A stretch of DNA of 64,000 nt from Rhodospirillales bacterium Ga0074136 (GTDB taxonomy: Bacteria > Pseudomonadota > Alphaproteobacteria > Acetobacterales > Acetobacteraceae). This document shows, in pieces, positions 29,795 through 37,308 of the stretch (positions are counted from its first letter, which is position 1; every line of letters starts with the position of its first letter). The notes under the pieces were generated by a model. That model was not told where the DNA came from. It did no database searches and saw nothing but the letters and a program-made list of their open reading frames with translations. Location of the stretch: assembly GCA_001464375.1 (NCBI GenBank), contig LNEW01000220.1:1228-65227 (forward strand), in the 5' to 3' direction. Made by a program: the position numbers and the translations under genes.

Positions 29795-31438
29795 ATGGCC
29801 AGCACGCCCGACACCTTCGACTACGTCATCGTCGGCGCCGGTGCCGCCGGGTCCATCCTGGCGGCGCGGCTGACCGAGGACCCGGGCGTGACGGTCTGCG
29901 TGTTGGAAGCCGGTCCGCCCGACCGCAACTTCTTCATCCACCTGCCCGCGGGCTTCATCAAGACGCTGGTTGACCCATCCGTCACCTGGCAGTTCAAGAC
30001 CGCGCCGACCGAGCGTACCGGCGGGCGCGCCATCGCGACCACGCAGGGGCGCACGCTGGGCGGGTCGTCCTCGGTGAATGGCATGATCTACAATCGCGGG
30101 CAGCCAAACGACCTGAATGCCTGGGCGCAGCGCGGCAATCGCGGCTGGGGTTATGCGGATTGCCTGCCCTACTACATGCGCACCGAAAAGCGCGTCGGCG
30201 CCGGGCGCGACGACCGCCGCGGGCGCGAGGGCGCGCTGCCGGTCACCGACATGGACTGGATCCACCCGCTCAGCGAGGCCTTCATCGAAGGCTGCATCGG
30301 CGCGGGCGTGCCACGTGCGCCGGACTACAACAGCGGCGACCAGGCCGGCGTGGGGTATTTCCAGCGCGCCATCCAGGGTGGCTGGCGCGTATCGGCCGCA
30401 CGCGCCTTCCTGCACCCGGCGATGGCACGCAAGGAGCTCGAGGTGCGAACCAACGCACGCGCCTGCGGCATCGTCTTCGAAGGCCGTCGCGCGGTCGGCA
30501 TCCGCTACCTGACCGCACGCGGCGCGCAGCCGGTCGAGGTGCGCGCGCGGCGCGAGGTGATCCTGTCCGCCGGCACGGTGAACACTGCGCGGCTGATGCA
30601 GGTGTCGGGCATCGGGCCGGCCTCGACGCTGGCGCGGATCGGCGTGCAGGTGTTCCACGACCTGCCGGTCGGCGAGAATTTCCGCGACCACTACGCGTCG
30701 CGCATCGTCATGCGCGCCAAGCCGGATACCGAGACACTGAACCAGCTCGCCCGCGGCTTCGGCCTGGTGAAGCAGCTGGCGCGCTGGGCGACCGGCAAGC
30801 CGAACATCCTGGCGACCGCGCCATCGCATGTGCACCTGTTCTGGAAGTCCTTCGAAGGGCTCGACGAGCCCGACCTGCAATGCGTGTTCACCCCCGGCTC
30901 CTATGCCGAGGGCAAGGTCTATGTGCTGGACGATTACCCGGGCTGCACCGCCGGCGCCTGGCAGCACCGCCCCGACAGCGTCGGCTGGGTGCGCGCGAAG
31001 ACCGCCGATGTCTTCGACGACCCCGAGATCCAGCCCAACTACCTGAGCGACGAGAACGACCGTCGCGTCCACCTGGGCGGCATGCGCCTGATCCGACGCC
31101 TGCTTCACACGCCGCAGATGATGCGCTTCCTGGAACGCGAGACGCTGCCCGGCCCGACCATCGAGCGCGATGACGAGTTGCTCGACTTCGCCTATCGCAA
31201 CGGCAGCACGACCTACCACCTCATCGGCACCTGCCGCATGGGGCCGGAGACCGACACCACCTCGGTGGTGAATGACCGGCTGCAGGTGCACGGGCTGCAG
31301 GGGCTGCGCGTGGTGGATGCGTCGGTGATGCCGTCCATGCCCTCGGCCAATACCTACGCCACCACCATGATGATCGCGGAGAAGGCGGCGGACTTCATCC
31401 GCGGCCGCGCGCCCCTGCCCGCGGCGGAAGCGGCGTGA
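29795..31438 (+). CDS. GMC-family FAD-dependent oxidoreductase (choline-dehydrogenase-like)
   Basis: 547-aa ORF: FDYVIVGAGAAGSILAARL (FAD GxGxxG), GRTLGGSSSVNGMIY, C-terminal HLIGTCRMG...VVDASVMP. Its stop overlaps the crtC GTG start (GTGA). Confidence 0.9.
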   Translation: MASTPDTFDYVIVGAGAAGSILAARLTEDPGVTVCVLEAGPPDRNFFIHLPAGFIKTLVDPSVTWQFKTAPTERTGGRAIATTQGRTLGGSSSVNGMIYNRGQPNDLNAWAQRGNRGWGYADCLPYYMRTEKRVGAGRDDRRGREGALPVTDMDWIHPLSEAFIEGCIGAGVPRAPDYNSGDQAGVGYFQRAIQGGWRVSAARAFLHPAMARKELEVRTNARACGIVFEGRRAVGIRYLTARGAQPVEVRARREVILSAGTVNTARLMQVSGIGPASTLARIGVQVFHDLPVGENFRDHYASRIVMRAKPDTETLNQLARGFGLVKQLARWATGKPNILATAPSHVHLFWKSFEGLDEPDLQCVFTPGSYAEGKVYVLDDYPGCTAGAWQHRPDSVGWVRAKTADVFDDPEIQPNYLSDENDRRVHLGGMRLIRRLLHTPQMMRFLERETLPGPTIERDDELLDFAYRNGSTTYHLIGTCRMGPETDTTSVVNDRLQVHGLQGLRVVDASVMPSMPSANTYATTMMIAEKAADFIRGRAPLPAAEAA

Positions 31439-32370
31439 GCGATCGCCCCTGGTCCTTCGACCAGCCCGTCGCGTCGCGCGGGTATCGCTGGTGGTATATC
31501 GATGCGCTGTCGGATGACGGCGCGCATGGCATCACCATCATCGCCTTCATCGGCACGGTCTTCTCGCCCTGGTATGCCTGGGCGCATCGCCGCGGCTCGG
31601 TCGATCCGGCCGAACACTGCTGCGTGAATGTCGCGCTGTACGGCACGCCGAAACGCTGGGCGATGACGGACCGGCGCGCCAGCGCGCTGACGCGCGATGC
31701 GGATACGCTCGCCATCGGCCCTTCGTCGCTGCACTGGGACGGGACAGCGCTGACGATCGATATCGAGGAGGTCACGGCGCCGATCCCCGCGCGCCTCGCA
31801 GGGCGCATCCGCGTCCTGCCCGATGCGCTGTCCGACCGGTCCTTCGTGCTGGATGGCGCGGGCCGCCACCGCTGGCAGCCGATCGCCGCACGCGCGCGGG
31901 TGGAAGTGTCGCTGACGCATCCCACGCTGACCTGGTCCGGCCCGGCCTATTTCGACACCAACACCGGCACCGCGCCGCTGGAGGATGATTTTTCCGAGTG
32001 GGACTGGTGCCGGGCACCCATGCGCGATGCGACGGCGGTGCTCTACAACGCCACGCGGCGCGACGGCACGTCGCAGTCCCTGGCGCTGCGCGTCGGGCGC
32101 GACGGCATAGTGGAGGATTTCGAACCGCCGCCGCCGGCGCAGATGGCACCCACGCTGTGGCGCCTGCCGCGGCCCACGCGCGCCGACGGCGGCCAGGCGA
32201 CCGCCACGCGCACGCTGGTCGATGCGCCCTTCTATTCGCGATCGGAGATCCGCACGCGCCTGCTCGGGCAGGACGCGACGGCAGTGCATGAATACCTGAA
32301 CCTCAGGCGGTTCCGCTCGCCGATCCTGTATTCGATGCTGCCCTTCCGGGTGCCGCGGACGCTGCGCTGA
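31435..32370 (+). CDS. crtC: carotenoid 1,2-hydratase (hydroxyneurosporene synthase)
   Basis: 311-aa ORF: ...GYRWWYIDALSDDGAHGITIIAFIGTVFSPWYAW...HCCVNVALYG... matches my memory of the CrtC family N-terminus. Lies in the crt neighbourhood. GTG start. Confidence 0.75.
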   Translation: MSDRPWSFDQPVASRGYRWWYIDALSDDGAHGITIIAFIGTVFSPWYAWAHRRGSVDPAEHCCVNVALYGTPKRWAMTDRRASALTRDADTLAIGPSSLHWDGTALTIDIEEVTAPIPARLAGRIRVLPDALSDRSFVLDGAGRHRWQPIAARARVEVSLTHPTLTWSGPAYFDTNTGTAPLEDDFSEWDWCRAPMRDATAVLYNATRRDGTSQSLALRVGRDGIVEDFEPPPPAQMAPTLWRLPRPTRADGGQATATRTLVDAPFYSRSEIRTRLLGQDATAVHEYLNLRRFRSPILYSMLPFRVPRTLR

Positions 32371-33499
32371 CCGGCGCATCGCCACGCCACCCGACATCGA
32401 GCGTCGCGACCTCCCCGAAGGTTGCGCGGCTCGCGATGGCGGCGCGGATGATGGGCCAGGTGGTGAAGCACATGGTCAGGAAAGGCATCGGGTCGCGCGC
32501 GCTCCATGTCACGTCGCGCGTCGAGACCAGCGTGCGGAGATTGTGCTGGAAGCCGCCGCCGCGGAACAACGAGAGCTGCGTCTCGGTCAGGCAGGAATAG
32601 AATTGCTGGAGGCGCGTCTCTGGCCGGAAACGCAGCGGGTGGCCAGCGTCGAGCACGGCGGGGGCCAGGTCCTCCGGCGCGAAGAAGTGCAGGCCGCTGG
32701 TGGTGCGCGGGTTGCACTCGATCGCGAAGGGGTGGCCCTGCTGGTCCAGCATGAAGTCGAAGGACAGGAAGCCGGTCCAGCGTGTTGCCGCCGCGTAGCC
32801 GCGCACGAAGCGCTCGATCAGCGGGTCCTCCACGCGTTCGAAGGCGATGCTGACCGAACCCGACTGCATCACGCCCTGATACACGACCGTGCCGCTGACC
32901 ACGCCGTCATGCACCAGCGAACAGGTACTGCGCTCCATGCCAAAGACATGGCCCTGCACGATCGCGGGCGCCGCGGGATCGGCGGCGGGCAGGTCAGCGC
33001 CGCGGCGGACGACGCGCACGCCGCGCCCCGAACAGGCATGCAGCGGCTTGACCACGACATCCTGGCGCTGCGCGAGCGCAGCGGCCTCGGTGCTGCCCAG
33101 CGGGTGGGTGGGTGGCACCGCGAGGCCCCAGCCATCCGACTGGACAGCGAAGCGGCCCTTGTCATGCGCGGCGAGCACCACCTCCTGCGGCATTGCGAAA
33201 AGCCGGGTGCGCGACGGCAGCCGCCCGTGCAGCGCGGCGACATGCACGACTTCCTCGGAGACCGGCAGCACGAGGTCGACGTCTTCCTCAGCCACCACGC
33301 GCAGCAGGTCGCACAGGTAGGCCTCGGCATCGCTCGCGGGGGCGGTCACGACGTGACTGCGGGCGACGGACTTCGAGGCCCCGGCCAGATGCCGGCGGAA
33401 GGGCTCCGCCACGATCACGCGCCAACCCGCGCCATGGAATGCGCGCGCCAGGTCCAGCGCCTTGGGCAGCCGCCCCAGCGTCAGCAGCACCGTGTTCAT
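32303..33499 (-). CDS. ATP-grasp domain ligase, substrate unknown
   Basis: 3' part of ORF 32303..33967 from MNTVLLTLGRLPKALDLARAFHGAGWRVIV. ATP-grasp core ...VVVKPLHACSGRGV...FLSFDFMLDQQGHPFAIECNPR. ATGA overlap with the P450 stop. Its 3' end overlaps the crtC 3' end by 68 nt (convergent). Confidence 0.8.
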   Translation of the reverse strand: MNTVLLTLGRLPKALDLARAFHGAGWRVIVAEPFRRHLAGASKSVARSHVVTAPASDAEAYLCDLLRVVAEEDVDLVLPVSEEVVHVAALHGRLPSRTRLFAMPQEVVLAAHDKGRFAVQSDGWGLAVPPTHPLGSTEAAALAQRQDVVVKPLHACSGRGVRVVRRGADLPAADPAAPAIVQGHVFGMERSTCSLVHDGVVSGTVVYQGVMQSGSVSIAFERVEDPLIERFVRGYAAATRWTGFLSFDFMLDQQGHPFAIECNPRTTSGLHFFAPEDLAPAVLDAGHPLRFRPETRLQQFYSCLTETQLSLFRGGGFQHNLRTLVSTRDVTWSARDPMPFLTMCFTTWPIIRAAIASRATFGEVATLDVGWRGDAPVSAASAAPGRAASNTGSASGTA

Positions 33500-34875
33500 G
33501 GCACCGGCGTCGTGGTGACCATGATCTGCCCGACCGGGCGCGTGGTCAGCCGGGCCGCGGGGCGCACCGTCTCCGGCGCTACCACGTGGAAGTCGAAGCG
33601 GCGGAACAGCCGCGCCACGAGCAGCACGGTTTCGACCTGCGCAAAGGCCGCGCCGGCACACACGCGGGGGCCGATCCCGAAGGGGATGTAGGCGCCGGTC
33701 GTCATCTCCGCCTCGCGCGAGGCATCGAAGCGGTCGGGGTCGAAGACGTGCGGGTTGCGCCAGTAGCTCTGGTGGCGGTGCAGGACCCAGGGCGCCACCA
33801 TGACCAGCGCGCCGCGCTTCACGCGGTAGCCGTCGAGCGACGTCGCCACGTTCGCCACTCGCGGCAGGAAGGTGATGGGCGGATACAGCCGTAGCGTCTC
33901 GCGGAAGATGTTGCGGATGAACGGCAGCTTGCGCGTGTGCTCGAAGGTGACGGGCCCATCGCCGCATACCGCATCCACTTCCCCGCGCAGGCGCGCGACC
34001 AACGCGGGCTGTATGGCCAGTATATAGAACACCCAGGTCAGAGCGCTGGCGCTGGTCTCGTGCCCCGCCAGGAACAGCACGCCGAGCTGGTCGATCAGTT
34101 CCTCGCGCGTGAAGGCACGTCCCTCACCGTCGCGCGCTTCGATCACCGCCTGGCAGATGTCGTCGAAGGACGCTCCGGCGGCGAGGTGCGTGTCGAGCAG
34201 CGCACCCAGGTGCCCGCGGATCAGCGCGCAGGCGTCCAGCACATGCTGCTTCTGCGGAATGCGCGTCCAGGCGCGATCCAGGATCAGGCGGCGGATCTCC
34301 ACCTGCGCGACCGAGCGTTCGAAATCGGTGAAGGCGTCGAAGACCTCGTGCGCCACCTGGCTTTCGAGGCTGGTCGAGAACACCGTGCGGCAGATGATGT
34401 CGGCCGTGAGGTGGCTCATCATCAGGTCGAGCGAGAACGGCGCGGTGCTGCGCGCCAGGGTTTCCTCGGTCGCCGCCACGCCCGCCTCCATCGCGGGGAA
34501 GGCGCGGTTCACGCGCATCATGGTGAGCGCCGGGTCGATCATGGCGCGCTGGCGCCGCCAGGTATCGCCGGAGGAGACGAAGATCGAATCGCCGATCAGC
34601 GGGTCGAGCGCTTCCACCATCAGGTCGGATTTCGGGAAGATGCCCTCGGGATCGGCCAACACATGCCGCACCAGATCGGGGCGATTGACGATGATGGTCG
34701 ATCGGCGCGACCAGCCGAGCGGGCCGATCGGCATGCGATAGGCCTCGGCGGGCAGCAGGCCCAGCAGGTTGCCTTCGCCTTCCATCATGGCGCGAATGAG
34801 AGCGATCACCGCGGGCAGCGACCGCGGGTGCGGCGGTTCGAAGGGTGCCCATGGAAGCGTGCGCGCGGCGCTCAT
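33496..34875 (-). CDS. cytochrome P450
   Basis: ORF 33496..34956, with a more likely start at MSAARTLPW (34875). I-helix FLAGHETSA, ExxR (ETLR), heme loop FGIGPRVCAG. Confidence 0.9.
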   Translation of the reverse strand: MSAARTLPWAPFEPPHPRSLPAVIALIRAMMEGEGNLLGLLPAEAYRMPIGPLGWSRRSTIIVNRPDLVRHVLADPEGIFPKSDLMVEALDPLIGDSIFVSSGDTWRRQRAMIDPALTMMRVNRAFPAMEAGVAATEETLARSTAPFSLDLMMSHLTADIICRTVFSTSLESQVAHEVFDAFTDFERSVAQVEIRRLILDRAWTRIPQKQHVLDACALIRGHLGALLDTHLAAGASFDDICQAVIEARDGEGRAFTREELIDQLGVLFLAGHETSASALTWVFYILAIQPALVARLRGEVDAVCGDGPVTFEHTRKLPFIRNIFRETLRLYPPITFLPRVANVATSLDGYRVKRGALVMVAPWVLHRHQSYWRNPHVFDPDRFDASREAEMTTGAYIPFGIGPRVCAGAAFAQVETVLLVARLFRRFDFHVVAPETVRPAARLTTRPVGQIMVTTTPVP

Positions 34876-34963
34876 GGCAGGCGCATCGAGAGCGGCGGCG
34901 CACCGCGGTTTCCTGCCCGTTTCACGGCCGTCGGGCTTCCCCTGCATCCGCGCCATTCCGTTG

Positions 34964-34985
34964 CTTGACAGCGATATCTGTCAAG
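34964..34985. promoter_or_regulatory. perfect 8-bp inverted repeat CTTGACAG-N6-CTGTCAAG in the divergent P450 / membrane-protein-crtD intergenic region (candidate operator with two opposed TTGACA hexamers)
   Basis: Read directly from the sequence: cttgacag cgatat ctgtcaag. Lies in a locally AT-richer gap. The half-sites are the same as the TGTCAA/TTGACA halves of the PpsR-type boxes further right, but in swapped order. Confidence 0.5.
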
Positions 34986-35021
34986 CCCGATTGTCGAATC
35001 AAAGCGCGAGGGCCATCGAGG

Positions 35022-35759
35022 ATGGAACTTCTCCTGTTCCACAGCCTGGTCGCCGCCCATATCGTCACGGGCGCGACGGGCGCTATCGCCTTCTGGGTGC
35101 CCGTGCTGGGCCGCAAGGGTGGCGTCAATCATCGCTGGTGGGGCCGGCTTTTCAATCGCTGCATGCTGATCACCGGCAGTCTTGCGATGGGCATGGCGAG
35201 CCTGACGCTGATCGACCCGATCGGCACGCATCCCCACCTGGAAGGGCGCTTCGACGAAGCGTTCCTGCGCGGCATCTTCGGATGGATGATGCTGACCACG
35301 GCGCTGCTGACGATCAACCTCGCCTGGTATGGCTGGCTTGCGGTGCTGAACAAGCGCGGCGGGCATGATCGCAACCGCACGCCACTGAACATCGCGCTGC
35401 AGTACATCCTGCTTGCGGCGTCGTTGAACTGCGCGCTGCAGGGCTGGCTGATCGGACAGCCGCTGATGTACGGCATCGCCGTGGTGGGTGTCGCGACGGT
35501 CGTGACCAACCTGCGCTTCCTCTGGGCGGCCGCGCCGGGGCCGACCTATTGGCTCAAGGAACACGTGAAGGCGTTGGTCGGCGCGGGCATCTCGGTCTAC
35601 ACGGCCTTCATGGCCTTCGGGTCGGTGCGCATCCTGCCGGAACTCGCGCTGCATCCGGTCATGTGGGCCATCCCCTGCGCCACGGGCATCGGCATCATCC
35701 TGTGGCACTGGCGCGCGGTGGACCGGCAATTCGCCGCGCGCCGCGCGGTCGCCGCCTGA
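35022..35759 (+). CDS. uncharacterised polytopic membrane protein (about 6-7 TM), probably co-transcribed with crtD
   Basis: Inner ATG of ORF 34845..35759: MELLLFHSLVAAHIVTGATGAIAFWVPVL... Repeated hydrophobic segments. Its stop is 6 nt before the crtD ATG. Confidence 0.7.
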   Translation: MELLLFHSLVAAHIVTGATGAIAFWVPVLGRKGGVNHRWWGRLFNRCMLITGSLAMGMASLTLIDPIGTHPHLEGRFDEAFLRGIFGWMMLTTALLTINLAWYGWLAVLNKRGGHDRNRTPLNIALQYILLAASLNCALQGWLIGQPLMYGIAVVGVATVVTNLRFLWAAAPGPTYWLKEHVKALVGAGISVYTAFMAFGSVRILPELALHPVMWAIPCATGIGIILWHWRAVDRQFAARRAVAA

Positions 35760-35765
35760 CCCTGC

Positions 35766-37295
35766 ATGGCTGAACCGCGCGTCATCGTGGTCGGCGCCGG
35801 CATGGGCGGGCTGGCCGCCGCGGCGGACCTGGCGCGGCGTGGGGCGCGCGTGACGGTGCTGGACCGTGCATCCGCGCCCGGCGGCAAGATGCGCCGCGTC
35901 GAGGTGGACGGCACCGGCATCGATGGCGGCCCGACAGTCTTCACGATGAAGTGGATCTTTGACGGCCTGTTCGGCGATGCGGGCCAGCGGGTCGAGGACC
36001 ACCTGCACCTGCACAAGGCGGAGATCCTGGCGCGACATGCCTGGCGGCGCGGCGGGCAGCTTGACCTGTTCGCCGATGTCACGCGTTCCGCCGAGGCGAT
36101 CGGCGACTTCGCCGGCGCGCGCGATGCCGCCGGGTATCGCGCCTTCTGCACGCGCGCGGCGGGCATCTACCGCACGCTGGTCGGGCCGTTCATCGCGTCG
36201 GAACGGCCTTCGCAACTCGACCTGGTGCGGCGCATCGGCTTCGCGCATGTCGACAGCCTGGTGCGCACGTCGCCTTTCGCCACGCTCTGGAACGCACTGG
36301 GCGATCACTTCACCGACCCGCGGCTGCGGCAGTTGTTCGCGCGCTACGCCACCTATGTCGGGTGTTCGCCCTTCCTGGCGCCGGCGACGCTGATGCTGAT
36401 CGCGCATGTGGAACAGGATGGCGTTTGGCTGGTGAAGGGGGGCATGCGGCGCGTGGCGGAGGCGGTGCGCAGCCTGGCGGAAGGCCAGGGTGCAACCTTC
36501 CGCTTCGACGCCGAGGTGCGTCGCATCCTGGTGGCGCGCGGCCGCGCCGCCGGCGTCGAGCTGGTCGATGGCGAACGCATCGAGGCCGATGCCGTGGTGT
36601 TCAACGGCGCGCCGGATGCTCTGGCGGCGGGGCTGCTGGGCGACGCCGCCCGCCCCGCGACCGAGCCCGTGCCGCGCGAATCCCGCACGCTCTCGGCCGT
36701 GACGTGGTGCGTGCACGCACCAACTGACGGCTTCACGCTCGATCACCACAACGTCTTCTTCGCCGAGGACTATCAGGCGGAGTTCGAGACCATCTTTCGC
36801 CGCCGCAGCATCGTTCAGGCGCCCACGGTCTATATCTGCGCGCAGGATCGGGGCGGTGCGGATCGCCCTGCCCCGGGCGCGCGCGAACGCCTGCTCCTGC
36901 TGGTGAACGCGCCGCCGGATGGCGACCGCGCGCCAATGGATGAAGCGGCAACGGAAGCCCATGCCGCGCGCGCTTTTGCCGTGCTGCGCGACTGCGGCCT
37001 GACGGTACGGCGCGAGGACGGCGCGGCGGTTGTCACCACGCCCGCCGGCTTCAATGCGCTGTTCCCGGCGACAGGCGGTGCGCTGTACGGACGGCTCGGC
37101 CATGGCTTCAACGGCAGTTTCGCACGACCGGGCGCGCGCAGCGCGATCCCCGGGCTGTATCTCGCCGGCGGCGGCGTGCATCCAGGGCCTGGCGTGCCGA
37201 TGGCAACGATGTCCGGGCGGCTCGCGGCGGCGCGGCTGCTGGAGGACCGCGCCGGGCGGCGGCGCAGCGTCATCGCGATGAAGGTCGGGCGGTAG
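35766..37295 (+). CDS. crtD: hydroxyneurosporene/methoxyneurosporene 3,4-desaturase
   Basis: 509-aa ORF: MAEPRVIVVGAGMGGLAAAADLARRG (FAD motif). Phytoene-desaturase-family C-terminus GLYLAGGGVHPGPGVPMA. CrtD-like rather than CrtI-like overall. Confidence 0.85.
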   Translation: MAEPRVIVVGAGMGGLAAAADLARRGARVTVLDRASAPGGKMRRVEVDGTGIDGGPTVFTMKWIFDGLFGDAGQRVEDHLHLHKAEILARHAWRRGGQLDLFADVTRSAEAIGDFAGARDAAGYRAFCTRAAGIYRTLVGPFIASERPSQLDLVRRIGFAHVDSLVRTSPFATLWNALGDHFTDPRLRQLFARYATYVGCSPFLAPATLMLIAHVEQDGVWLVKGGMRRVAEAVRSLAEGQGATFRFDAEVRRILVARGRAAGVELVDGERIEADAVVFNGAPDALAAGLLGDAARPATEPVPRESRTLSAVTWCVHAPTDGFTLDHHNVFFAEDYQAEFETIFRRRSIVQAPTVYICAQDRGGADRPAPGARERLLLLVNAPPDGDRAPMDEAATEAHAARAFAVLRDCGLTVRREDGAAVVTTPAGFNALFPATGGALYGRLGHGFNGSFARPGARSAIPGLYLAGGGVHPGPGVPMATMSGRLAAARLLEDRAGRRRSVIAMKVGR

Positions 37296-37308
37296 CCCGG
37301 GGCGCGCG

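Noticed and set aside
34876-34956. Upstream ATG (34956) as the P450 start
   Set aside because: The extra 27 residues (MARMQGKPDGRETGRKPRCAAALDAPA) are basic and low-complexity, and would push the start into the palindromic promoter region. The ATG at 34875 was preferred, but this is not proven.
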